64,000 nucleotides of DNA. Origin: Vulcanimicrobiota bacterium (GTDB lineage Bacteria > Vulcanimicrobiota > Vulcanimicrobiia > Vulcanimicrobiales > Vulcanimicrobiaceae). The notes beneath the pieces were generated by a model. It worked only from the letters and a program-made list of their open reading frames with translations. It had not been told where the DNA came from and ran no database searches. The translations under genes were made by a program, and so were the position numbers. Shown here piece by piece: positions 1 to 11,347 of this stretch. The stretch lies in contig CAWCFE010000002.1 in NCBI GenBank assembly GCA_963794735.1, positions 2,374,141 to 2,438,140 of the forward strand. Direction: 5' to 3'. Positions within the stretch are counted from its first letter, which is position 1; each line of letters opens with the position of its first letter.

Positions 1-1
1 C

Positions 2-1024
2 GCGTGCGCCGATCCGTATACAACGATGATTGGCTACTTCAGTTCGCTTCGAGAGCTCGCGGGCATGCGCCGCCTCATAGACGACGACGTCAAGCAGCGC
101 ATCTGGGCCGCCGAGCGCCGTGGCCTAGCCGGTCGCAAGCGCATCAACGTTGCCGAGCTCACGAGTCGTGTGCGCTCGGAGCGCATTCCGCGCTTGCTGG
201 ATGGCCTGGGTCTCCCTCGAGTGCCGAGCGACCCCGCACATCCGGACGGCCCCTTCGACGTCGTGCTGGCAACGAATATGATCTCCGTCGGAGTCGACGT
301 GCAGCGCCTCGGCCTGATGCTCGTCGTCAGCCAGCCAAAGTCCACGGCGGAGTACATTCAGTCCACTAGCCGTGTGGGTCGCAGCAAAGAAGGCCCGGGC
401 ATCGTATTCACGCTCTATAACTGGACGCGCCCACGCGATCTCTCACACTACGAGCGCTTCAGCTATGATCACGCAACGTTCTATCGCCAAGTTGAGCCGC
501 TCTCGATCACGCCGTTCTCGGAGCGCGCCTTGGATCGCGGACTCACCGCCGTATGCGTATCATTAGTGCGCCATCTCGAAGCGGCAACTGGCCTCGAACG
601 CGAGGTCAATCCCGAACCTGCAGCACAGATCGCTCCGGTGGACGCTGCCGTTGGCAGGGCTGTCGTGGCGAGCATATTCGAACGCGTCCAAAAGGTTCTC
701 GGCGATGCATCGCGAGCAAGGCAGATCGAGTCACGAGCGCAACGACTCTTCGACCTCTGGTTCAAGCGACAACGATTCCAACGACAGCATTCGGCGCCGC
801 TGACGTATAAGGGCCGCGGCAGCAGCGTCGCGTTACTTAAACCGCCGTCTCTGGACTCGTGGGACATGTGGACGGCGCCGACTTCAATGCGGGAGACTGA
901 GAACCAGATCAATCTCTTGCTGTCGAGCGCGGCAATACCCGAAGCTCCGGCACGTCAGCTCATCGCGACGACTATCGCTAGCGTAGCGACTATCGAATCA
1001 GAGGACGACGATGCCGAAGCGTAA
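2..1024 (+). CDS. SF2 helicase, C-terminal portion (5-prime end lies upstream of the window); DrmA-like
   Basis: The frame is open from the window edge. Helicase C-terminal-domain motifs VLATNMISVGVDV and QSTSRVGR are present. It overlaps the next gene by 14 nt. Confidence 0.7.
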   Translation, partial: ACADPYTTMIGYFSSLRELAGMRRLIDDDVKQRIWAAERRGLAGRKRINVAELTSRVRSERIPRLLDGLGLPRVPSDPAHPDGPFDVVLATNMISVGVDVQRLGLMLVVSQPKSTAEYIQSTSRVGRSKEGPGIVFTLYNWTRPRDLSHYERFSYDHATFYRQVEPLSITPFSERALDRGLTAVCVSLVRHLEAATGLEREVNPEPAAQIAPVDAAVGRAVVASIFERVQKVLGDASRARQIESRAQRLFDLWFKRQRFQRQHSAPLTYKGRGSSVALLKPPSLDSWDMWTAPTSMRETENQINLLLSSAAIPEAPARQLIATTIASVATIESEDDDAEA

Positions 1025-2840
1025 CCGCGATCTCGTTGGATCGGCTCGTACCAGCCAACTCCTTTACACCTACGGCGTGGGATCGCTTATCGATCTCCCG
1101 CACATCTCGGCCACGGTACTCGGTCTGCAAGCGTGGGGAAATCCAACCGCGGACATCGACGAACCCCGTCTCCTTGCGAAAGTCCAGCGCGATCTCCATC
1201 CCGACGTTGCGCGGCTAGTCGCGATGCCGTGGATCGAGGGCGCAAACTTCGGTCTCGACGAGTCGACGACTGTGGGCGTGCCGGTGATGGCATTTCCGCG
1301 CTGGTTGCGCTGCAGTGGCTGCAACGTCATCGCAGACATTGACGGCGACATGTTCAAGCTGAAGACGGATGCCTATCGCGTCGATCGGACTCGTTACGTA
1401 CATGAAGGCTGCCGCCCGGGCCGAAACGCCCCGGACGCCATCCCTGTTCGCTTCGTGCTAGCGTGCACCAATGGGCATCTCGACGACTTTCCGTGGAAGG
1501 AGCACGTACACAAATACCTTCCGTGCCCCGAGGGCGGTGGCACGCTACTTCTTCGTGAACGTGGAACGGGAACACGTTCCACCGACTTGCAGATCGAATG
1601 CTCAGCGTGCAAGAAAACGCGATCGCTCGGTGACGTCTTCGACGCCAAATCCGGAGAAGCGCCGAGGTGCCGCGGGTTTCATCCGCACCTTCGCACCTTC
1701 GAGGAGTGCGCATTACCCGCGCGTACGCTGCTGCTCGGTGCCTCGAACACTTGGTTTGCAGTCTTGCGTCGCGCGCTGTGGGTTCCGGAGGTGCATACCG
1801 AGGATCCGCTGGCGCAGGCCATTCAGACACACTGGGCGCTGCTTAACATACCCGAAATAGCCAGCTCCGACGACCTGGTAGGGGCGCTGAAGTACAACCC
1901 GGCAATCGCCGATCTGCGCGCCTTCGACGTCGAGCAAGTATGGGCGGCAATCTGCGCGCGCCGCGATCCACCATCGGGGCCGGGTAGCGATGAGGACCTT
2001 AAGATCGAGGAGTGGCGGCGGTTTACCGACGCGGAGAAGCCGCGGGCTGGCATCGACTTCACGATCGAGTCGGTCGAAACGCCGGCCAAATTAGTCGAAC
2101 ATATCTCAAACGTTGTCGCGGTGACGCGCCTACGGGAGACGGCGGCAATCATAGGATTCGCGCGCGTCGACGCCCCGGACCCGACATTTACCGGCGAGGT
2201 GGAAGATGACGACATCAAAGTCGTTCGCCTATCGACGCAGCCGATTCATTGGGTTCCTGCAACAACGGCTCGTGGCGAGGGCATTTTCCTGCGCTTCCCC
2301 GAGGAACGGCTGCTCGCGTGGGAACTCGCAGCCGACAAAAATCTCCGTGTCGGCGCGTTACGAGAGGCGACCGTTAGACGGCATTCACCCTCGGCGTGGC
2401 CCGGCTCGCGCTATGTGCTGCTTCATTCGTTTGCGCACTTGCTTATCAATGAGCTCGCGCTGGAGAGCGGCTATAACGCCGCATCCTTGCGGGAGCGTCT
2501 TTATTCAACGATCCCTGGTACCGATGAAGCGATGGCCGGCGTGCTCATTTACACCGCAGCGTCAGACTCCGAGGGCACGCTCGGAGGCCTTGTGGCGATG
2601 GCTGATCCTAAGATACTCGGACGCGTCATCGAGTCCGCGCTGCGGCGCGCGACGTTCTGCAGCTCCGATCCACTATGCGCCGAGCATGTGCCGACACCGC
2701 AGGACCTCACCCAACACGCCGCAGCATGCCATAGCTGTCTGTTTGTGCCTGAGACAAGCTGCGAACGGAACAATCGACTTCTTGATCGTGCCACGCTCGT
2801 CGACACACTTGGCAGTACGGGACTCGGCTACTTCACATGA
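1011..2840 (+). CDS. DUF1998-domain protein (DrmB-like)
   Basis: Cys/His clusters CSGC..HEGC..CTNGH and C-terminal AACHSCLFVPETSCERNN are typical of the DUF1998/MrfA-type Zn-binding domain. ATGA overlap with the next gene. Confidence 0.7.
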   Translation: MPKRNRDLVGSARTSQLLYTYGVGSLIDLPHISATVLGLQAWGNPTADIDEPRLLAKVQRDLHPDVARLVAMPWIEGANFGLDESTTVGVPVMAFPRWLRCSGCNVIADIDGDMFKLKTDAYRVDRTRYVHEGCRPGRNAPDAIPVRFVLACTNGHLDDFPWKEHVHKYLPCPEGGGTLLLRERGTGTRSTDLQIECSACKKTRSLGDVFDAKSGEAPRCRGFHPHLRTFEECALPARTLLLGASNTWFAVLRRALWVPEVHTEDPLAQAIQTHWALLNIPEIASSDDLVGALKYNPAIADLRAFDVEQVWAAICARRDPPSGPGSDEDLKIEEWRRFTDAEKPRAGIDFTIESVETPAKLVEHISNVVAVTRLRETAAIIGFARVDAPDPTFTGEVEDDDIKVVRLSTQPIHWVPATTARGEGIFLRFPEERLLAWELAADKNLRVGALREATVRRHSPSAWPGSRYVLLHSFAHLLINELALESGYNAASLRERLYSTIPGTDEAMAGVLIYTAASDSEGTLGGLVAMADPKILGRVIESALRRATFCSSDPLCAEHVPTPQDLTQHAAACHSCLFVPETSCERNNRLLDRATLVDTLGSTGLGYFT

Positions 2841-3604
2841 CGCTGGCAGGCCGAATCGCGCACATTGTGTCGGTGCTATCTCTCGATCACGTCGAAATGT
2901 TTAGCCGTTGTCTGGAGCGAGCGCACAGCCTCACCGATCTCACACCTGCCATGCTTAGTCTAGATATTCTCGACCCCGCGAGCGTACGGCTCTTTACCGA
3001 GCTTGTCAACGACCTTGCGGCGAGAGGCTATTCGCCGGCGGCACTCGCGCTTGCGTTACGCAGCGCGGCACAAACATTCGGCGACCGGGAGGCTGACGAA
3101 CGCATAGAGGTAGTGTGGACGGGGCCCGACTCGGGCACCTTCCCGTCACGCCAGACTGCCGCCGTACTATTCGAGACGCTGAAGAGCGCTCGCAGGAGCC
3201 TCGTGCTGGTGTCCTATGCGGCAAACGCCATTGGCGACTTTACCAATGCGCTGACATCTAAAGCTGACGAAGGCGTCGAAATCAGGTGCGTCTTTGAGTC
3301 GAGCGATGAAAGCGAGAACTTCAAGGCGTCACGCATGAGTCTAATCGCGTTAGCCAAGCAGCTGCCGCTCATCCGCTTCTACGTATGGCCGAAAGAACGA
3401 CGCCCGAAGTGGGCTTCGCTCCATGCCAAGGTCGTGATCGCCGATCGTGAGACGGCCTTCGTCACGAGCGCAAATCTTACCGAAAGCGCGATCACGGATA
3501 ACGTCGAGCTCGGTCTACTCGTGCGAGGTGGCGATGCTCCGGCCAGAATCCATGACCACATCGTAGCCCTTATCCAAGCGGGTGAATTCGTATCTGTAGT
3601 CTAG
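2837..3604 (+). CDS. phospholipase D-family (HKD) nuclease-like protein (DrmC-like)
   Basis: Single HKD motif HAKVVIADRETAFVTSANLT. Translationally coupled to the DUF1998 gene. Confidence 0.75.
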   Translation: MTLAGRIAHIVSVLSLDHVEMFSRCLERAHSLTDLTPAMLSLDILDPASVRLFTELVNDLAARGYSPAALALALRSAAQTFGDREADERIEVVWTGPDSGTFPSRQTAAVLFETLKSARRSLVLVSYAANAIGDFTNALTSKADEGVEIRCVFESSDESENFKASRMSLIALAKQLPLIRFYVWPKERRPKWASLHAKVVIADRETAFVTSANLTESAITDNVELGLLVRGGDAPARIHDHIVALIQAGEFVSVV

Positions 3605-3644
3605 CTGTTTGCGGGCGGAGGCGGGGCGCCCGCGCATGCCCTAG

Positions 3645-4373
3645 CTAGACCCTCGAAACGATATGGTCCATTTTTGTGAGAAATTGAACTCGCAAATCCA
3701 CGTTACGAGGGCTCTCAAGATCCTCAATGTAACTTTGGAACTCTTTGAGCAGAGCAGACACGAACAGACTCCTGTTCAATACTAATTGATCCCCTTCTCG
3801 TCCGACTATATGTCCCACAGGCTCTTCGCGCCAGATGGTCCATCCTCGCGTTTCCGCATTATGGAGGATGCCGTTGCGCACGCCATTCACAAACCTTGCA
3901 GCGATATCACCGTCAAAAGCGGAGTTGAAGGCAGATCTCTGTAGAAACCGCTGGATTCGCTGGGACGTGCCCATTGGCATCGGCCGGGTGCAGGGACCTG
4001 AGGGGTAGGAGCACGGTTGAATGGGTGCTGGTTTCTCTGGTTCTTCGGTCTCGCGGAATGTTGAGAGCGTTTCCAAGAGCAAGCAGCAAAGGCCGACAAT
4101 TGCAAAGCCTGGCACAAGGGCGGACGACTCAGCGGGCAGCATTGACAAAGCTACTTCAACATCTTCGTCGACGCCTACGTCGAGTCGATGATCAGCAAGT
4201 TCAAGTGCTTCGATACAGAAAAAATATCGCTCACTCATCCTGCGTCGGAATACTTCGATGGCAAGTTCCCAACTGGCCCCAACCGCCCCTTCGCTTGATA
4301 TTAGGAGCTTTGGGCGCAGTTGTTGCCAGTGGACATCGGTAAACCCTCGGCAGAGTTGAACGCTCACAGTCAT
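3645..4373 (-). CDS. hypothetical protein
   Basis: 242-codon ORF with ordinary amino-acid composition, convergent with the PLD gene. No motif recognised. Confidence 0.45.
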   Translation of the reverse strand: MTVSVQLCRGFTDVHWQQLRPKLLISSEGAVGASWELAIEVFRRRMSERYFFCIEALELADHRLDVGVDEDVEVALSMLPAESSALVPGFAIVGLCCLLLETLSTFRETEEPEKPAPIQPCSYPSGPCTRPMPMGTSQRIQRFLQRSAFNSAFDGDIAARFVNGVRNGILHNAETRGWTIWREEPVGHIVGREGDQLVLNRSLFVSALLKEFQSYIEDLESPRNVDLRVQFLTKMDHIVSRV

Positions 4374-4440
4374 CTCCTACGGAGGATGGTTCAGAATCCC
4401 CACATGCGTGCTGCAGCGACCGGCATGCGTGACGATCCGG

Positions 4441-5394
4441 TTATTTGTCGCCATCCTGTGGCTCATGCAGGTCAGAGTCGAGGTTTTCTATCGTCAAAGA
4501 TTCTGGATCGAGGCTTAGAGCCGGGAACACGCGTTCTTGAATGCCGATTCTGTGCTGGACCATAATCTCAAGTAGCTTTGCTCCATCGATGAGACCGATG
4601 GGGGTCTTTCCCGCTTCCTGTGCCTCTGTGACCGCCGATGCGGTGAAAGTCCCCGAGGATACAATTAGCCCGAGTTGTCTATTGGTCAGCGATCCCCGCA
4701 CGTTTTGAATCGTCGGCCGATCGACGCTGGCCGTCCTCTTCGCCTGTATAGCAACGTCAACGGGCGTCGCACCGCCGACATCAAAAACCGCCGTAGCATC
4801 AATCCCCTTGTCGCCGCTATAGCGGGTAACGGCGACGCTTCGGTAGCCGAGGGCGATCAGAATTCGCTTAACGAGGAATTCGAACGCGCGGGGGTCCATC
4901 GACTGTACAAGAGCGCGCAATTCGGCTTTAACCTTAAGGTTGCTTTTGCTGATCGCTTCACCTAAATCGTGAACGTTTTCGTACGTGCGCCCAGCACCGT
5001 TCGAGCGTGGCTTTAGTCTGCCGCTAAGTAGAACATCTAATGCTCTTGCCTGCTCATCCGACAGGCGGAAATTGGTACCCTGCCATCCCTGAAATACTGC
5101 CACCTCCGAAAGCGTAAGATCGCTGCGAACCTCATCACGTCGCAGTTCTGGCTCGACGAACGCATCGTACAATACATCAACCTTGAACTTTCCAAAGTTG
5201 GATGCATCTTCGTACACTGGAGATGATACGTGGCCTATAGCCGTAAGCGATGCGTTCGATCCAGAGCGCCAAAAGTAGATACGATCTCCAACAGAAACGC
5301 TTTCGCGATTCTGGTTCATGGCCCACCAATCGGTTGATGCCGTCGCTGTGAGCTGATCCCAACGTCGCGGATTGTATTGAAAAACCCAATTCAT
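4441..5394 (-). CDS. EVE (PUA-like) domain fused to Mrr-type restriction endonuclease domain
   Basis: The N-terminus MNWVFQYNPRRWD..GDRIYFWRSG is EVE-like. The C-terminus GYRSVAVTRYSGDKGIDATAV..VAIQAKR is an Mrr-cat D..(Q/E)xK core. Start placed at the internal ATG 5394 (the ORF is open to 5442). Confidence 0.7.
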   Translation of the reverse strand: MNWVFQYNPRRWDQLTATASTDWWAMNQNRESVSVGDRIYFWRSGSNASLTAIGHVSSPVYEDASNFGKFKVDVLYDAFVEPELRRDEVRSDLTLSEVAVFQGWQGTNFRLSDEQARALDVLLSGRLKPRSNGAGRTYENVHDLGEAISKSNLKVKAELRALVQSMDPRAFEFLVKRILIALGYRSVAVTRYSGDKGIDATAVFDVGGATPVDVAIQAKRTASVDRPTIQNVRGSLTNRQLGLIVSSGTFTASAVTEAQEAGKTPIGLIDGAKLLEIMVQHRIGIQERVFPALSLDPESLTIENLDSDLHEPQDGDK

Positions 5395-5815
5395 TTGTTC
5401 CGCTGCCTCATCGCGATCTATGCCGCATGTTCTGCGTCTCAATCGCCAATAGATACCTGTACGCCTGCACCTCCGGTGAGCGCCAGCTCCCGCTTCGATG
5501 CCGAATCAGCAGTGGAGATTGACCATCCCTCATCGATCAGGTCTCCCGTAGTGCCGAAAGGTCATCTACACCCCGGAAAAGTCCGGGTTGCCAACACGTC
5601 ACTTCGCTATTCCGGCCGCGCGCTCCCCACCGGATGAACCAAGGAAGCGGGTTGGTGTGTCGCAACTGTCGAGTCGGTGGATAATCGGCTTCGCGAGTAT
5701 TGCCAAAGCTCTGGACTCATCTAATCAGACGCTCTGAAAGAATCGCGAAAACACGGATGCTCAGGTTCGCAGGAGCTTTGCAGCGATCGGTCCGGTCGAG
5801 CCAGAATACCGTAAC

Positions 5816-6805
5816 GTGCCTGAGCGATACGTGGTGCTGTCCCAGCGCCCGCACGGCTTCTCGTCGTATAACGATGAAGAGTGGGTGATCTACCACTTCC
5901 CCGATCGCTATCGGCGGTCGTTAGAGCGGCCGTTTACCCGCTTCATCTATTATCGCCCGACGGAGGGTGCCCATCCATCAGAGGCGCGCCGTTACTTCGG
6001 CCACGGCGTTCTCGGTGAGATCTTCCCCGATTCGCGCGAGGCGGGGAAGTGGTATGCGCCGATTCTTACCGGCGAGCAGAGGCTCCGAAACCCTGTGCCG
6101 ATCCGCGACGCAAGCGGAATCTACTACGAGACCGGGTCTGCTGACAAGGTACCACAGTTTCAGTTCTATGCTGTTCGCGAGATCGGTGAGATCGAATATC
6201 AACGGATTTTGATTGCGGGCGGCATAACCTCGTCTACCCAAGTTTCTCCGTTGATCACGACGGAGACAGTTTTGGCGACCGGGTACGTGCCAGGGCTCAA
6301 GCCGCCAACTGATGCTTTGCGGGAGATACTCGAGATCCCGAAAGGAACGGGTTACACTCCGTCGGGGAAAGAGCCGCCGAGTATCTATGAATCGGCAAAC
6401 CTTCAGGAGAGAGCGCGGAAGGATCATCAGGACACGCTGGAGTTGATTCGGCGGGCGACCGCCCGTTTAGGGGGATCGACGTTTTATAACAACTATCTCG
6501 ATCTGTATCTCCGTATCGGAGAGCGCAGATACTTCATCGAGGCCAAGAGCCTGAACAATCCTCAGGCGGCAGTGGACCGTATGCGCTACGGCATGGGTCA
6601 GCTTTTTGACTACCGCGTGCGTCTTGAGGCTGAGATCGCAGGCGCCGCTCCGGTGCTGGCGTTCGGCCGAGTCCCGCCGAGCGAGGTGTCGTGGATCGGT
6701 GAAATCCTCGAAGGGAATGGCGTCGCTTTCATCGCCGCTCAGCAAGAGCGCGTTGTCGCACTGAATGCAAGTGCACGCTCCTTGCCGTTTGCTGAGCCAC
6801 TCTAA
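5816..6805 (+). CDS. PD-(D/E)xK nuclease-domain protein with uncharacterised N-terminal domain (putative type IV restriction enzyme)
   Basis: C-terminal DLYLRIGERRYFIEAKS..GQLFDY is a D..ExK..Q pattern. The N-terminal 200 aa are unassigned. GTG start; 14 nt upstream of the DpnI-like gene. Confidence 0.5.
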   Translation: MPERYVVLSQRPHGFSSYNDEEWVIYHFPDRYRRSLERPFTRFIYYRPTEGAHPSEARRYFGHGVLGEIFPDSREAGKWYAPILTGEQRLRNPVPIRDASGIYYETGSADKVPQFQFYAVREIGEIEYQRILIAGGITSSTQVSPLITTETVLATGYVPGLKPPTDALREILEIPKGTGYTPSGKEPPSIYESANLQERARKDHQDTLELIRRATARLGGSTFYNNYLDLYLRIGERRYFIEAKSLNNPQAAVDRMRYGMGQLFDYRVRLEAEIAGAAPVLAFGRVPPSEVSWIGEILEGNGVAFIAAQQERVVALNASARSLPFAEPL

Positions 6806-6819
6806 GGGAGAGCTAAGTA

Positions 6820-7572
6820 ATGCCTACCGAACGGACTTGGAAGGAGGTAGTCAGAGAGATCGTTCAGAGACTGCCAAGAGAGTTTTCGTTGGCACGAGTG
6901 CTCGCGTATCACGACGAGCTACAGGAGCAGTTCCCGAATAATCGGTTCGTCGACGCGAAGATTCGCCAGAGCTTGCAGGTGCTTCGAGACCAGGGGCTGC
7001 TGCAATTCCTACGTCCAGGTCTATATCGGCGGCTAGACGTCGCCCCGGCCTTTAGCCCGCTAATCGATTTTACGCTGGCACAGCGCTTCGTTAGTTCAGC
7101 GCAAGCGGCGCGCGTCGCGCTGGAAACCTGGGCGTCGTTCAACCTCTACTGCTTGGCTTGCGAAAGTGAAGCGCTCGATCGTCTTCCCGATAATACGCCC
7201 GTGGCCGACTTCAAGTGCTTCGCCTGCGAACGAATGTATCAGCTCAAGGGCAAGAACGGCCGCTTTGGCGCTCGTATCGCGGGCGCAGCCTACCGTCCCA
7301 CCGTTGAAGCGATCCGATCCGATAAGATGCCGGAGCATGTTTTGGTAGAGTTTGACACCCGTTTCGGCACCGTCGTATTCGTTGATGCCGTTCCCGGTCG
7401 CCTAATTACAGAAGAGCGGGTCATAGCGCGAAAGCCACTGTCAGCTTCTGCGCGCCGTGCCGGCTGGCAGGGCTGCAACATTGTGGTTGCGGGGCTGCCC
7501 ATGGTGCGAATGGTGGCGCCAGCAGGGCTCGATCGGAGCGCGGTGCGCGAAGAGTGGGGCCGAGTTACGTAG
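6820..7572 (+). CDS. DpnI-like (Dam-replacing family) methyl-directed restriction endonuclease homologue, permuted domain order
   Basis: LYCLACE..PVADFKCFACERMYQLKGKNG..RKPLSASARRAGWQGCNI matches the DpnI catalytic domain as I recall it. AKIRQSLQVLRDQGLLQFLRPGLYRRL matches the DpnI winged helix. Confidence 0.7.
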   Translation: MPTERTWKEVVREIVQRLPREFSLARVLAYHDELQEQFPNNRFVDAKIRQSLQVLRDQGLLQFLRPGLYRRLDVAPAFSPLIDFTLAQRFVSSAQAARVALETWASFNLYCLACESEALDRLPDNTPVADFKCFACERMYQLKGKNGRFGARIAGAAYRPTVEAIRSDKMPEHVLVEFDTRFGTVVFVDAVPGRLITEERVIARKPLSASARRAGWQGCNIVVAGLPMVRMVAPAGLDRSAVREEWGRVT

Positions 7573-7623
7573 GGCCGTCGATGTCGTCAGAAAACTGAAA
7601 GGACTGCTCGGCAGTGCGCACGG

Positions 7624-7881
7624 CTAGCGTTGGTGCCGCAGTGCTAACATGTAAAGCCGACGTAGCCAAGAAACCGTTGGGCGCGGAGGGCGCGGGAAAA
7701 GTGTTCTGACGATCTCGGAGTACGTGTCGCCACGCTCCAACATCTTACCGATTTCTCGGGCATTCGCGAGAACCGTGCCGTAGTACAGTGACTCAAGTGG
7801 ATCAGGCGGCGTGGCGGCCAAGTTACGTAGCTGAACGCGAGCATTGTCGACCATTCGCACACTAGTCGATGTCCGTGGCAT
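7624..7881 (-). CDS. hypothetical protein
   Basis: 85-codon ORF directly downstream of and co-oriented with the relaxase-like operon. Confidence 0.35.
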   Translation of the reverse strand: MPRTSTSVRMVDNARVQLRNLAATPPDPLESLYYGTVLANAREIGKMLERGDTYSEIVRTLFPRPPRPTVSWLRRLYMLALRHQR

Positions 7882-7886
7882 GGGTC

Positions 7887-8159
7887 CTATTTGCGCTTCT
7901 GGCGCTTGGCCCGTTGTAGGACGCTCTTTACGGTATGGGCGGTTGTCTTGAGCTCCTTGGCCACGAGTTCATAGACCTTTCCGACGTGGTGGCCATTCTC
8001 GATTGCCGCGTCGATGTCGGACCTGAGAGCCAAAATAGCATCGGCGACAGTCGGAAACTCCGGCTCTAAATTTGCAAGAATCCCTCTAGCCTTTTCAACC
8101 TGGCTGGTTTTCCGTGAAGAGCCGCCTTTAAGGCGTTGGCGCGTGGAAGCCATCGACAC
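7887..8159 (-). CDS. hypothetical small basic protein
   Basis: 90-codon ORF, co-oriented, 65 nt downstream of the relaxase-like gene. Confidence 0.4.
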   Translation of the reverse strand: MSMASTRQRLKGGSSRKTSQVEKARGILANLEPEFPTVADAILALRSDIDAAIENGHHVGKVYELVAKELKTTAHTVKSVLQRAKRQKRK

Positions 8160-8224
8160 CGATTACGGCAAGCCGTTGCTGGTCGCCTGTCCCGTGGCGG
8201 ACGCAAGGAGGAGGCATTCGGGCA

Positions 8225-9403
8225 CTAGTAGCGGCCGCGGCGTTTCCGAGGGCGCAGCGGGCGAGCCTGGACGCGTGACTCCGCTTCGGTACGTGGCGTC
8301 GATTTAGCTCGCGAAGGTGACTTGCCGTCGCGCTCCAATCGAGCCAGCGCGTAGGGGTCTCCAACCTTAAGCTTCAGATCGCGAGCGGCTCGCTCGAGCG
8401 AGTCGCGCTCGGCCGGTGTCCAGGGGCGCAGCAAGAGTGCGTCGTCGAGTTGCCTTACGACCCTCGCGCCGAACCGTTGGCTGAACTCCGCCACCACATC
8501 CGCCGGTCCAGAAACCCATAGAAGTTCCTTGTATGGCGGCAAGGGTGTCTTCGGCGCCGCCGCGCGCTCAAGTGACCGGGTAAGTGACGGGATCGTTGTT
8601 CGCAGTATGCCCTGGATCTGGGTGGCTATACGAACATCTTCTTGGTAGTAGTCCGTGCCATCGTCCGTCTGAACAGCACGTGCCTTGGCGAGTCGGAGAG
8701 TTGCCTCAGAAGTCATCGGGGGGAGAACCGGCGGCCGATGCGTTAGCCATCGCCCGATCGTTCTTGCCGGCGCCCGTTCGTGCGCGGCATAAACCGCCCC
8801 GCGCTCCGTAAACCACCGTTCCTTGATCCGAGCTTTGGCCCGCCGGATGATCTGCAGAGTGGCGAGCTCGTGCTCAGCGCGCTGAACAGGATCTGATAAG
8901 GTTCTCGCCCGCTGCTGCAACAGGGTCTTGACGTCGTCGGCGATCTTCAGCCGCTGGCGATATCGCTGATCGGCGTCGGACAATTCGGCCAGTACTTTGG
9001 GCTGGACATGCTCTCGATAGTGGCGCCGTGCTTCTTCGTAAGCGGCCCATTGCTGGGCGCTGAACCGATCGTTTCGCAGTCCGCCCTTGTACCCACAAGT
9101 GGTCGGCCTTTCTTTCGATGGCGTGAAGGCTTCATGCAGCGATGCTTCAAGCGTTTTAAGCTTAAGCCGTGAATCAATTTTGGAAGCCGCAACGGCCCAG
9201 CGCCCATCAGCAGACGTGATGATGCCGTTTCCAAACCTGTCTACCGCGTATCTCAATCCTGTGACATTTAGCCACATGTGAAGTGATTGCCAAGAGGCGA
9301 CGATTCTGCCATCCGGCTTTGTTTCCAGAAGATGCTGCAGCTGCGCTCGGACGTACTGCCGGAACGTGAGAGTGCCCTGCTGCTCCTCGAGTACGGCCAA
9401 GCG
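8225..9403 (-). pseudogene. relaxase-like gene, C-terminal part (separated from its N-terminal part by the IS21 insertion)
   Basis: The frame is open up to the IS boundary and continues in frame from 11348 once the IS and one AAGCG copy are removed. Confidence 0.6.
9399..9403. repeat. target-site duplication AAGCG (left copy)
   Basis: Identical 5-mer abuts both ends of the IS. Confidence 0.75.
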
Positions 9404-9483
9404 TGTTGAGCGTCTTCCAAAATTGACCCACCCGCGTCGTTGAAAATTGACCCACCTGACCCGATCGCGAACATCTGTTTGCG

Positions 9484-11294
<1,811 letters not shown>

Positions 11295-11342
11295 ACGACG
11301 CATTCGCGGCCAAAGTGGGTCAGTTTTCGGCGACGTTTAACA

Positions 11343-11347
11343 AAGCG
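11343..11347. repeat. target-site duplication AAGCG (right copy)
   Basis: Identical 5-mer abuts both ends of the IS. Confidence 0.75.
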
